Below are positions 30,184 through 39,767 of a stretch of 64,000 nucleotides of DNA, one piece after another. Source of the stretch: an uncultured Actinomycetes bacterium (GTDB lineage Bacteria; Actinomycetota; Coriobacteriia; Anaerosomatales; CAVRZR01); assembly GCA_963725795.1 (NCBI GenBank), contig CAVRZR010000003.1, positions 517,566 to 581,565 on the forward strand, in the 5' to 3' direction. The notes below the pieces were generated by a model. It did not search any database. It saw nothing but the letters and a program-made list of their open reading frames with translations, and had not been told where the DNA came from. The first letter of the stretch is position 1. Each line of letters starts with the position of its first letter. The position numbers were made by a program, and so were the translations under genes.

Positions 30184-30387
30184 TCAGCGCATCAGTGCGA
30201 CCAGACGACGGTACTCCTCGGGGGTGAGCTCTCCTTTGATGAGCCGCTCTCTCAGCGAGCAGAGGGCACGGTCGGCAGTGCAGGGTACGTAGCTCTGCTG
30301 GGTTCCGCCGGCCCTCAGAAGCACAAGTGCGCACAGTGTCAGCACCAAGGGGAGGAACAAGTAGGTGGTCACGACTCCTCCTCGCAT
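30184..30387 (-). CDS. Small membrane-anchored SHOCT-domain protein
   Basis: One TM helix (YLFLPLVLTLCALVLL) plus the C-terminal 'LRERLIKGELTPEEYRRLVALM' SHOCT pattern. Start is ambiguous: ATG 30405, ATG 30387, or GTG 30372 after GAGGAGGAG. Confidence 0.6.
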   Translation of the reverse strand: MRGGVVTTYLFLPLVLTLCALVLLRAGGTQQSYVPCTADRALCSLRERLIKGELTPEEYRRLVALMR

Positions 30388-30522
30388 CGTCCCGACCGGC
30401 CCCACGGCATCGGTCGTTTTCGATCTCCGGCACCAGTCTGGTCCCGCGCTGAGTCGGTGGTGTGGACGCCGTGTGTTGAATCTGTGGAGACACGACGCCC
30501 CAAGGAGTCCCCTACGCGGAAC

Positions 30523-31521
30523 TCAGACCTCGCTGGGCTCCGGTTCCGAAAGCGGCTCCGCCGCATGCCTCAGGTCCTCGGCGGTACGTGGCGGCCGTCT
30601 GGGCGGCAGCGTCGGCGCGGCGGTCGTCAGAGCGACGCCTGCCACGATCACTACCATGCCGGCCAGCATGGCCGCCGTGACAGGCTCCGCGGGCACGAGG
30701 CCGATCGTCCCTGCGAGCCAGCCGGCGAAGACGGCGATCACCGGGTTCACGTACGCGTACGTCATGACCTTGCTCGCCGGCAGGTGCGCTAATGCGTAGA
30801 CGAATGCAGTGAAGGCGACGCAACTGCCGAACACGGTGAGATAGGCGATCGCCCCGATGGCTTTCGGCGTGAGGGTCAGCGAACTCCATTCGCCCAGCAT
30901 GGTGCCGATGATCAAGGTTGCCGTCCCGGCCACCAGCATCTCGTACGCGGTCACGACAAAGCCGTTCGCGGAGACCGGGTTGCGCTTGCTGAACACGCTG
31001 CCCGCGGTCCACAGCCAGGTCGCGACGATCTGGATCCCGATGCCGAGGATCTCGCTGGTCCCTGCGGAGACACCGACCAGTCGGGGCCAGAGCAGCAGCC
31101 CCAGCCCAAGGAAGCCGAGGGCGAGCCCCAACCAGCCCAGTGCGCTCGGGCGCTGCATGTCCGGGAGCGCCCACTCGGCGAGCGCGATCCAGAGCGGCAC
31201 GAGGGCCACGACGAGGGCGGAGAGGCCCGATGGGACATACTGCTCGGCGAGGATCGTGCCGTATTGGCCGCCGACGAGTAGGAGCAGGCCGGCGATCGAC
31301 ACGATGCGAAGCTCGTTCGGGGCGACGCGCAGTCTCGCCCCCCGGATCCTGGCCAATGCGAACATGAGTGCCGCCGCCGGCAGCAGCCGAAGCGCTGCGA
31401 ACAGCGCCGGGGGCAGGTCGGCATCGAGTCCGACCTTGATGCCGAGGTACGTCGTTCCCCACACCACGTAGAGCGTGAGCATCGCGGCGACGTTCTTGGC
31501 GCGCTGGCTGCTCGCGGGCAA
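30523..31521 (-). CDS. EamA/DMT-family transporter
   Basis: 10 TM helices; 'MLTLYVVWGTTYLGIK' and 'YAYVNPVIAVFAGWL' fit the family. TTG 31521 lies 5 nt after GAGAGGA (ATG alternative at 31482). The 561-aa ORF to 32208 is an antisense run-on over the NUDIX gene. Confidence 0.75.
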   Translation of the reverse strand: MPASSQRAKNVAAMLTLYVVWGTTYLGIKVGLDADLPPALFAALRLLPAAALMFALARIRGARLRVAPNELRIVSIAGLLLLVGGQYGTILAEQYVPSGLSALVVALVPLWIALAEWALPDMQRPSALGWLGLALGFLGLGLLLWPRLVGVSAGTSEILGIGIQIVATWLWTAGSVFSKRNPVSANGFVVTAYEMLVAGTATLIIGTMLGEWSSLTLTPKAIGAIAYLTVFGSCVAFTAFVYALAHLPASKVMTYAYVNPVIAVFAGWLAGTIGLVPAEPVTAAMLAGMVVIVAGVALTTAAPTLPPRRPPRTAEDLRHAAEPLSEPEPSEV

Positions 31522-31635
31522 ACGGATCCTCTCTGTGTCGCCGGTCCTCTGAATCGGGCGTGTGGAACGCACCCCGGGTCGCGCATCGGGCAAGTGTAGC
31601 GCGAGACGCTGGGGCGGCGAGGGTACACTGAGCGC

Positions 31636-32070
31636 ATGCCCGAGTACGAGTATCCCAGGCCTGCCCTCACCGTCGATGTGGTTGTGTTCGCGGGTCCCGC
31701 GGACGACCGGAGCGTGCTGCTCATTCGGAGGGGCGCACCGCCGTTCGAAGGGCAGTGGGCGATTCCCGGAGGATTCGTCGACGAAGGCGAAGTCCTCGAG
31801 GAGGCGGCTCGCCGCGAGCTCGAGGAGGAGACCGGCCTGGCGCTCGATGCCCCTCTCGCGCAGGTGGGTACCTTCGGCGATCCCGGCAGGGACCCGCGCG
31901 GCTGGACGGTGAGCGCAGCCTACGGCGTGGTGCTCGACTGCGAACCCATTGCTGTCGCGGGCGGGGACGATGCGTGCGACGCGCAGTGGCACGCGCTCGG
32001 CGCGCTCCCTCAGCTTGCCTTCGACCACGCTCTGATCGTGCGTGCTGCACGCGAGCGTCTGGGCGTTTAG
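31636..32070 (+). CDS. NUDIX hydrolase
   Basis: Nudix box 'GGFVDEGEVLEEAARRELEEETGL'. 144 aa. Confidence 0.85.
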   Translation: MPEYEYPRPALTVDVVVFAGPADDRSVLLIRRGAPPFEGQWAIPGGFVDEGEVLEEAARRELEEETGLALDAPLAQVGTFGDPGRDPRGWTVSAAYGVVLDCEPIAVAGGDDACDAQWHALGALPQLAFDHALIVRAARERLGV

Positions 32071-32253
32071 CCTCGCTTGAAACAACCGCGCGCACTGACG
32101 AGCGGGCGGCGCTCGCCTGCGAGCGGCTGCAAGTGGTGCGACAATAGCGGGCAATGCAGCTGTCTCAGCGGATCGCGCTGCGGTCGGCCGCATGACCGCC
32201 GGGCACAACGCCTTGGCCGACGGTCACCCGACGTAGGGCAGAAGGTGAGCGCC

Positions 32254-33426
32254 ATGGCGAAGTCGTGGGAGGAGATCAACAGTCGCATCGCAGCAGGTGA
32301 GGCTGTTGTGTTCACCGCCGAGGAGTTCGCGGCCCTCGCAGCGGAAGAGGGTGTCGCGAAGGCGGCCAAGCGCGTGGACGTCGTGACGACGGGCACCTTC
32401 GGCCCGATGTGCTCCAGTGGCGCCTTCATCAACTTCGGCCACTCAGATCCTCCCATCAAGATGGGCACGATCACACTCAACGACGTCCCCGCGAGCGGCG
32501 GGCTTGCGGCGGTGGACACCTACATTGGTGTGACCGAGCCCTCTATCACGCGTGGTATCGAGTACGGCGGTGCGCACGTCATCGAGGACTTGCTGCGTGG
32601 GAAGGCCGTTCGTCTGAGAGCGACCGGGCCGGGCACCGACTGCTATCCGCGTACCGAGATCGACACCTGGATCACGCTCGAGGACCTGAACCAGGCGTAC
32701 TTCTTCAACCCGCGAAACGCCTATCAGAACTACGCGGTTGCGGTGAACTCGACCGACCAGGTGATGTACACCTACCTCGGGACCTTGCTGCCGCGCTACG
32801 GCAATGCCACCTTCTGCTCGGCGGGTGCGCTTTCGCCGCTCCTGAACGATCCGACGTACCGCACGATCGGTGTCGGCACGCGGGCGTTCGTCGCCGGAGC
32901 GGCGGGCTACGTCGCGTGGCAGGGGACGCAGCACAACCCCAATCAGACCCGTGACTCGCACGGGGTTCCAGTCGCGCCTGGCGGAACGATCGCTGTGATC
33001 GCCGACCTGAAGAAGGCTTCGGCGGAGTACTTCTCGGCGGCGACCTTCACGAAGTACGGGGTGTCGAGTTTCGTCGGCATCGGCATCGCGATACCGGTGC
33101 TGGATGAAGACCTGGCGCGCACGCTCGCGCTCACAGACGAGGACATCGAAGCGACCATCTTCGACTACGGCGTCCAGCGCCGAAGCCGTCCCGCACTCGG
33201 CCGCGTCACCTACGCACAACTCCGTACCGGCGAGATAGAGGTCGAAGGCAGGAAGGTGCCGACCGGTCCGATCTCCTCGCTCAAGGTGGCGAGGAGCATT
33301 GCCAACGAGCTCAAGCGTTGGGTTGCCGAGGAGCATTTCACTCTCGTGCCACCCCTTGAGCCCTTGCCCCAGCCGGGCACGCAGACGACCAAACCCCTCG
33401 AGATCCGGGTGGGGGAGGCGATCTAG
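32254..33426 (+). CDS. Homocysteine-biosynthesis protein, DUF39/COG1900 family (aspartate-semialdehyde sulfurtransferase-like)
   Basis: ATG 32254 follows GAAGGTGAG. 390 aa: 'INSRIAAGEAVVFTAEEF...VDVVTTGTFGPMCSSGAFINFGH...'. It resembles the methanogen COG1900 proteins (MA1821/MJ0100 type) as I remember them, and a NIL-ferredoxin gene follows immediately. Confidence 0.7.
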   Translation: MAKSWEEINSRIAAGEAVVFTAEEFAALAAEEGVAKAAKRVDVVTTGTFGPMCSSGAFINFGHSDPPIKMGTITLNDVPASGGLAAVDTYIGVTEPSITRGIEYGGAHVIEDLLRGKAVRLRATGPGTDCYPRTEIDTWITLEDLNQAYFFNPRNAYQNYAVAVNSTDQVMYTYLGTLLPRYGNATFCSAGALSPLLNDPTYRTIGVGTRAFVAGAAGYVAWQGTQHNPNQTRDSHGVPVAPGGTIAVIADLKKASAEYFSAATFTKYGVSSFVGIGIAIPVLDEDLARTLALTDEDIEATIFDYGVQRRSRPALGRVTYAQLRTGEIEVEGRKVPTGPISSLKVARSIANELKRWVAEEHFTLVPPLEPLPQPGTQTTKPLEIRVGEAI

Positions 33427-33831
33427 ATGGCACGCAAGCGGCTCGATCTCACATTCCCGCCGAGGCAGGCCACCAAGGCCGTCACGTACCATCTCGTGAA
33501 GGATTTCGAGCTGGTGCCGAACATCCTTCGCGCACAGATCCAGCCCGGGCAGGAAGGACGGATGCTCCTCGAGGTCACGGGCCGCCGTGAAGATCTGGAG
33601 GCGGGAATCGCGTTCCTCGAGCGAGAAGGCGTCGCCGTGCGCGAAGCGGCGGCGGACATCGCTCTGGACGAGGAGCGCTGCGTTACGTGCGGCCTGTGCA
33701 CCGCGGTGTGCAAGCCGGGGGCGCTCGTGTTGGATTCCTCGGCACAACTCGTGTTCAAGAAGGACAAGTGCGTGTACTGCGAGGCGTGCGTGATAGCGTG
33801 CCCGCGCCGGTCGATATCCCTCACGTTCTGA
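33427..33831 (+). CDS. NIL-domain + 2x[4Fe-4S] ferredoxin protein (MA1822-like partner of DUF39)
   Basis: The start directly abuts the previous TAG. N-terminal NIL-like beta-alpha domain ('ILRAQIQPGQEGRMLLEV'), then 'CVTCGLCTAVC' and 'CVYCEACVIAC'. Confidence 0.75.
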   Translation: MARKRLDLTFPPRQATKAVTYHLVKDFELVPNILRAQIQPGQEGRMLLEVTGRREDLEAGIAFLEREGVAVREAAADIALDEERCVTCGLCTAVCKPGALVLDSSAQLVFKKDKCVYCEACVIACPRRSISLTF

Positions 33832-33892
33832 CGCTCGGTGCGGCGATACGGAGCCCCCGCTCGCCGGGTCGGGCGTCCTGGCAGGTGAGCCG

Positions 33893-34267
33893 ATGACGGA
33901 CTTGGGTTTCGTCAGGGTGGTCTTCGTTGCGGCGCTCGTGGTAATCCTGCTACAGTGCGCCGTCTATCCGGTGCGTCGGATCTTCGGCATGGCAGCTGCC
34001 TGGCGTCTGCTGCACTGGTCGCTCTACGGCTTCCTCGGCGTCGTGGGCCTGTGTCTCACGTGGGGGATCGCGAGCGGCGATCTCTCGGACGGGGTGAGGC
34101 AGGGCGGCTGGGGCACGATCGCGGATGTGGCGCTCTTCATCGGCTTGACGATGTTCGTTTCGTACTTCATGGGATCGCGGTATCTCGCCGACGAGCTGCA
34201 GCGGTCGAGAGCTGAGAACGCGGGGAGGACCGAACTCGTGTCGGGAGAACAGGAAGGCGAGGCCTAG
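33893..34267 (+). CDS. Hypothetical 4-TM membrane protein inside the methionine cluster
   Basis: ATG follows GCAGGTGAG. Four hydrophobic helices. Its stop is 1 nt before the metH start. No recognised family. Confidence 0.55.
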   Translation: MTDLGFVRVVFVAALVVILLQCAVYPVRRIFGMAAAWRLLHWSLYGFLGVVGLCLTWGIASGDLSDGVRQGGWGTIADVALFIGLTMFVSYFMGSRYLADELQRSRAENAGRTELVSGEQEGEA

Positions 34268-34268
34268 C

Positions 34269-36746
34269 GTGCCGGGGATCATGGACCGACTCGGCAAGGA
34301 AGTGCTCGTGTGCGACGGTGCGATGGGCACCATGTTGCAGCGCATGGGCACGCCTGCAGGCGTATGCCCCGAACAGCTGAACGTCCTCGAGCCGGAGACG
34401 GTCGCCGAGGTCCACCGCCTGTACACGCTTGCCGGCGCGCAGTGCGCGACCACGAACACCTTCGGGGGTACCCGGGCGAAACTCGCCGAGTGGGGCCTGG
34501 AGGACCAGATCGAGGCCATCAATCGCGCCGGAGTCCGCATAGCGCGCGAGGCCGGAGCCATACACATCCTCGCCGACGTCGGCCCCACGGGACTCGTGCT
34601 CGAGCCACTCGGCCGGGCGACGTTCGACGAAGCATTCGAGTTCTTTGCCGAGCAGGTGCGCGCTCTCGCCGCCGAAGGTCCTGACGCGATCATGCTGGAG
34701 ACGTTCACGGACATCGCCGAGGTGCGCTGCGCGCTTCTGGCTGCGAAGTCCGTCACCGACCTGCCGGTGTTCGCGAGCGTCACCTTCGGCGTGCAAGGAC
34801 GCATGGATCTGTCCGGGACCGATCCCGAGACCGCCGCGGTCATCTTGGAAGCGGCTGGTGCGAGCGCCATCGGCATCAACTGTGGGCTCGGGCCCGAGCA
34901 GATGCTCCCGCTCGTGAAGCAGATGGCCGAGGCGACCTCACTTCCGATCATCGTGCAGCCGAATGCCGGCATGCCGCGGTTGGTGGACGGGTCGACGGTA
35001 TTCCCCGGCACGCCGGACGAGATGGGCGCTGCCGCGGCGGTCTTCGTCGATCTGGGTGCGTCACTGGTCGGTGCGTGCTGTGGCTCGACACCCGCCTTCA
35101 CCGGAGCGATCGTCGACTTCACATCCGGAAAGACCGTGGGCGAGCGACCGTCTCGCGCCTCGCGGCGTCGTGCTGGCAAGCCCGCGCAGGACCGTTCGCA
35201 TCGGCGCGGCCGAGCCGCTCGCCGCTATCGGGGAGCGCATCAATCCCACCGGTAAGCCGGCACTGGCCGATGCGCTTCGACAGGGCTCCATGTCGGTGGT
35301 GCGGACGCTCGCTGCCGAACAGGCGGCCGCGGGCGCCGACCTTCTGGATGTCAACGTGGGTGCGGCGGGCCTGGACGAAGCGCGCAACGTTGCGCGACGC
35401 GGTGCTCGCGCTCGTGGGCAGCAGCGACGCGCCTCTCGTGATCGACACGCCGGACCCTGACGCGCTCGAGGCAGCGCTCCGCGCGTACCCGGGACGTGCA
35501 CTCGTGAACAGCGTGAACGGCGATCCGGCGTCGCTGGCCTCGGTTCTGCCGCTGGCCGAGCGCTACGGCGCGGCGGTGGTCGTGCTGGCCCTGGACGAGC
35601 ACGGAATCCCGGGCACGGCTGAGGAGCGCGCCGCTGTCGTGGAACGCGTGCGGGTCGCGGCGAGGAGAGCCGGTCTCGACGACGACGATCTGGTCGTCGA
35701 TACCCTGGTCATGACGGCGGCGGCCGACGCCGAGGCGCCTCGAGTGACGCTCGATGCGCTGAGGATGGTCCACGAGTCCGGTCTCGCCACGGTGCTGGGC
35801 GTGAGCAACGTGAGCCACGGGCTGCCCGACCGCGCCCTGCTGAACTCCGCGTTCGCGACCGCCGCGGCCGCAGCCGGGCTCGATGCGGCGATCGTGAACC
35901 CGAATGACTCTGTGGTCATGGAAGCGATCCGCCTGGCCAGCCAGGCCAGGCATGCCGGACGCCGACGTGGACGCGCATGGGGACGCTTGGCCCGCCTGGC
36001 AGGCTGCGTACGAGGGAGCGCTCGAAACCGCGGCGTCGGGTCTTCGATCCGGGCAGGGGGCGTCCGAGTCGCCCAACGGCGGCGTGCGCGCAGCGCAAGC
36101 GCCGGATCCGCGTGAGGCCCTGACAATCGCGGTGCTACGTGGTGACGCGGACGCCGCACCTGCGCTCGTGGAGTCCGTGGTCGACTCCGGCACCGCCCCC
36201 GAAGCGGTCATCGGAGACGTGCTCACGCCCGCGATCCAGCGCCTCGGCGACGCATACGGACGCGGCGAGGCGTTCTTGCCCCAGCTGATGGTGGCCGCCG
36301 ACGCTATGAAGGCCGCTGTCGCGCGCGTGAAGGCCTATCTCCCCGAGGGAGAGTCCGGCAATCGCGGCACGGTCGTGTTCGCCACGGTGAAAGGCGACAT
36401 CCACTCCATAGGCAAGGACATCTGCGTATCGCTTCTCGAAAGCCAGGGCTTCGAGGTCGTCGATCTCGGCGTGGACGTCGATGCGGAACGCATCCTCGCC
36501 GAGGCTTCCCGCGCCGACTGCGTCTGTCTGTCCGCGCTCATGACGACGACGCTGCGCGAGATGGCGGCGACCGTCGCATCCGTGGCAGAGCAGCTGGCAG
36601 CGATGCCCGTGTTGGTGGGCGGCGCCGTGGTGACGTCGGAGTGGGCGGCATCGGTTGGCGCGAAGTACGCCGCCGACGCACCGGGATGCGTGCGAGAAGT
36701 CGAGTCCGCGATAGCGATGTCTCGCTCGCGTGGAGGAGCGTCATGA
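34269..36746 (+). CDS. metH: Cobalamin-dependent methionine synthase core (Hcy-binding + pterin-binding + B12-binding; no AdoMet reactivation domain); three frame breaks (~35155, ~35385, ~35948)
   Basis: 'LVCDGAMGTML' and 'GACCGSTP' (Hcy domain). 'GERINPTGK' and 'GVSNVSHGLP' (pterin domain). 'VKGDIHSIGKDI' is the DxHxxG B12 motif. The segments lie in frames 3, 1, 2, 3 in turn. Confidence 0.85.
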
Positions 36747-37402
36747 TCATCACCCGTCCCCGCGACTGGGACCGTATCAAGCGCAACTTGGAGGAGATCG
36801 ACGCCCACAAGGTGTTCATCGTCGGGTGCGGGCAATGCGCGACCGTGGCGCACACTGGCGGAGAGCCTGAAGTACTCAAGACCAAGCTCGCTCTTGAGCA
36901 GGCCGGATACGAGGTCACAGGCTGGGCCGTTGGTGAGGTCACGTGCCATCTCGGAGCCACCAAGCTCGAAGCGCGCAGACACCACGGCGACATCGAAGAT
37001 GCCGACGCTGTGCTCGTGCTCTCCTGTGGCGCGGGCGTTCAGACCGTGGCGGACTCAGTCAGCAAGCCCGTGTATCCCGGCCTCGACTCGATGTTCCTCG
37101 GCAACGTGATCAGAAACGGCATCTACGAGGAACGCTGCCAGATGTGCGGCGACTGCGTACTCGACCTCACCGCAGGCATATGTCCGGTCACGACGTGTCC
37201 GAAGGGGCTGCTGAACGGACCCTGCGGAGGCATGTGGAACGGCAAGTGCGAGGTTCTCACCGACCGCGAATGCACGCATGTCCGCATCCAGAGGCGACTT
37301 GCCGAGCAGGGACGGGCCGGGCCGAAGACGGCGATACCCCCCAAGGACTACAGCGCAAAACACAAGCCGGGAAGCATCAATGTCCGCGGCGGTCGCTCGT
37401 GA
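36743..37402 (+). CDS. metV: MetV: Cys-rich MTHFR_C-type subunit of methylenetetrahydrofolate reductase
   Basis: 'VGCGQCATV', 'CQMCGDCVL' and 'CPVTTCPKGLLNGPCGG'. ATGA overlap with the metH stop; GTGA overlap with the metF start. Confidence 0.8.
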   Translation: MIITRPRDWDRIKRNLEEIDAHKVFIVGCGQCATVAHTGGEPEVLKTKLALEQAGYEVTGWAVGEVTCHLGATKLEARRHHGDIEDADAVLVLSCGAGVQTVADSVSKPVYPGLDSMFLGNVIRNGIYEERCQMCGDCVLDLTAGICPVTTCPKGLLNGPCGGMWNGKCEVLTDRECTHVRIQRRLAEQGRAGPKTAIPPKDYSAKHKPGSINVRGGRS

Positions 37403-38272
37403 GCCGCCTGCGCGAATCGCTCGAGCGCGGAGAGTTCGTGGTCACCGGGGAAGTCGCACCTCCCCTCGGCACCGACCTGGAACCCATGCTCGCCAGCGCG
37501 CGCCGGCTCGCGCCCTTCTGCAACGCGCTCAACGTCACGGACAATCAGGGGGCGGCGCTCCATCTGTCCAGCCTGGGCGGAGCGCATGCGCTGCTGGCCG
37601 AGGGCATCGAGCCGATCTGGCAGCAGACGTGTCGCGACCGCAACCGCCTTGCTCTCCAATCGGACCTGCTTAGCGCCTGGACCCTCGGGATCGAGAACGT
37701 GCTGGTCGTGACCGGTGATGACCCACGGATGGGTGACCACCCGCAGGCGAGAGGCGTGTTCGATCTCGACTCCACGCAGCTGATCGACGTTGTCGCGGGC
37801 ATGAACGCCGGCCACGACATGCTCGGCCGGGAGCTGAACGGTGCCACGGATTTCTTCGTCGGCGGAGCGGTCTTCCCCGAGGCAGAACCTTGGGAGGCCC
37901 AGCTCGGCAGGGCACAGCGCAAGTCCGCAGCGGGCGCACGGTTCTTCCAGACGCAGGCGGTCATGGACGTCGAGAAGTTCGCCCGAGCGGCGGACGCCTT
38001 GCGGCCGAGCGGAGCGAAGTTGATCGCCGGCGTTCTCCTGCTGAAGAGCCCTCGCGTGGTGCGGTTCATCAACGAGCGGCTGGCGGGTCTCATGGTTCCC
38101 GACGAGATCGCCGCGCGCATCGAGCGTGCCGCGGATCCTATGCGCGAAGGCAGTCGCATTAGCGATCGAGCAAGTGCGTGCGCTTCGCGAGGTCGCTGAC
38201 GGTGTTCACATCATGCCGCTCGGCGCCGACGAGGCCTTCGGGGAGATAGTCCGCGGGGCGGGCCTGCGCTAG
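37399..38272 (+). CDS. metF: Methylenetetrahydrofolate reductase (MetF, MetVF type); one frame break near 38161
   Basis: 'FVVTGEVAPP', 'NVTDNQGAALH' and 'VLVVTGDDP'. The C-terminus continues in the next frame as 'AIEQVRALREVADGVHIMPLGADEAF...' to TAG 38270-38272. Confidence 0.85.
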
Positions 38273-38302
38273 CCGCTCGACGCCTTCCGCCTCGTGTTGG
38301 CG

Positions 38303-38311
38303 TGCTAGAAT
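38303..38311 (+). promoter_or_regulatory. Extended -10 promoter candidate (TGCTAGAAT) upstream of lpdA
   Basis: TGn-TAGAAT at 38303-38311, about 45 nt before the lpdA start. No good -35. Confidence 0.3.
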
Positions 38312-38355
38312 CTCCCGACATTCGGCGGGTGGATAGCGGCGATGTTGGAGGCTGA

Positions 38356-39747
38356 GTGATGCGGATCGCGGTGCTGGGCGGTGGACCGGGGGGCTACTCG
38401 GCGGCATTCGAGGCAGCTCGACTGGGTGCAGACGTGACGCTGGTCGAGCGTGCGCGCCTCGGCGGTACGTGCTTGAACTGGGGGTGCATACCGACCAAGA
38501 CGATCCTCCGCTCCGCGCACGTCGTGGCGGACACACGGCATGCGAGCTCGCTGGGCCTGCGGGCGGAGATCGCCACCGTCGATATCGACGCGCTGCGCGC
38601 GAGGAAGCAAGCTGTCGTCGACGAACTGGTAGGCCAGGTCGAAGGCCAGGCTCGTCGGTTGAAGGTCGACGTCGTCTTCGGCGAGGGACGCTTCCTCGCG
38701 CCCAAGAGCATCGAGGTCGCGCTGGCTGATGGCGGAACGCGAGCGATCGAGGCCGACGCGGTCATCCTCGCGACCGGCTCCGCGGTCTTTCGCCTGCCGA
38801 ACATCGACCACGACCTCGAAGGTGTGTGGACGAGCGAGGACGCGGTCGCTCTTCGGGAGATACCGGAGGAGATCCTGATCATCGGCGGCGGCGTCATCGG
38901 TCTGGAATTCGCCTGCGCCTACGCCGCCTTCGGGAGCACCGTCACCGTCGTCGAGCTGTGCGAGCAGGTACTGCCCGGCAACGACCGTCGGGTGGTGCGG
39001 GTCGTGCAACAGAAGCTCGAGGAGATGGGGATCGGCTTCCACCTCGCCGATGCGGTCGAAAGCGTCGAGCGCATCGGTACCCGAATGCGTTCCACCCTCC
39101 GCAGCGGCGGTACCATCGAGAGCGACATCGTCATGAGTGCGGTCGGTCGTGTTCCAAATAGCGCCGGTTTCGGTTTCGAGGAGGCCGGTCTGGAGTTCGA
39201 CCGGCGCGCCGTGAAGTCCGATGCGTACTTCCGCACGAACCTGCCCGGCGTGTACGCGATCGGCGATCTGAACGGGGGCATGATGCTCGCGCACGTGGCC
39301 GAGGACGAGGGCATGGCCGCCGCTCAGAACGCCGTCGCCGAGTTCCATGGCCGAGTGTCTCCCGAGGACATGCAGACGGTGAACCTCGATTGCGTCCCCG
39401 CGTGCGTCTATACCTTTCCCGAAGTCGCGGTGATCGGCATGACGAAGGATGCGGCCAAAGAGCGCGGGTTCGACGCCGTCCAGGCTGTCGCGAAGTTCTC
39501 CGCCAACGGAAAGGCACTCGGCGAGGGCGATGCCGATGGCTTCGTGCAGCTCGTCGTGGAGAAGGGCACGGGGCGGATCCTCGGTTGTCAGATAGTGGGG
39601 CCGCACGCCGTCGAGATCGTTCATGAAGTGGTGGTGTGCATGCGCCATGGCGTGTCTGTGAGCGCGATCGCTCACGCCGTTCATGCCCACCCCACCGTGT
39701 CGGAGACGATCAAGCACGCCGCGCTCGACGCGGTCACGAAGCTGTAG
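38356..39747 (+). CDS. lpdA: Dihydrolipoyl dehydrogenase
   Basis: 'IAVLGGGPGGYSAA' (FAD site), redox disulfide 'GGTCLNWGCIPTK', and the C-terminal 'HAHPTVSE' interface motif. GGAGG lies upstream. Confidence 0.9.
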   Translation: MMRIAVLGGGPGGYSAAFEAARLGADVTLVERARLGGTCLNWGCIPTKTILRSAHVVADTRHASSLGLRAEIATVDIDALRARKQAVVDELVGQVEGQARRLKVDVVFGEGRFLAPKSIEVALADGGTRAIEADAVILATGSAVFRLPNIDHDLEGVWTSEDAVALREIPEEILIIGGGVIGLEFACAYAAFGSTVTVVELCEQVLPGNDRRVVRVVQQKLEEMGIGFHLADAVESVERIGTRMRSTLRSGGTIESDIVMSAVGRVPNSAGFGFEEAGLEFDRRAVKSDAYFRTNLPGVYAIGDLNGGMMLAHVAEDEGMAAAQNAVAEFHGRVSPEDMQTVNLDCVPACVYTFPEVAVIGMTKDAAKERGFDAVQAVAKFSANGKALGEGDADGFVQLVVEKGTGRILGCQIVGPHAVEIVHEVVVCMRHGVSVSAIAHAVHAHPTVSETIKHAALDAVTKL

Positions 39748-39767
39748 CTCCGGGAAGACCCAGCAGA

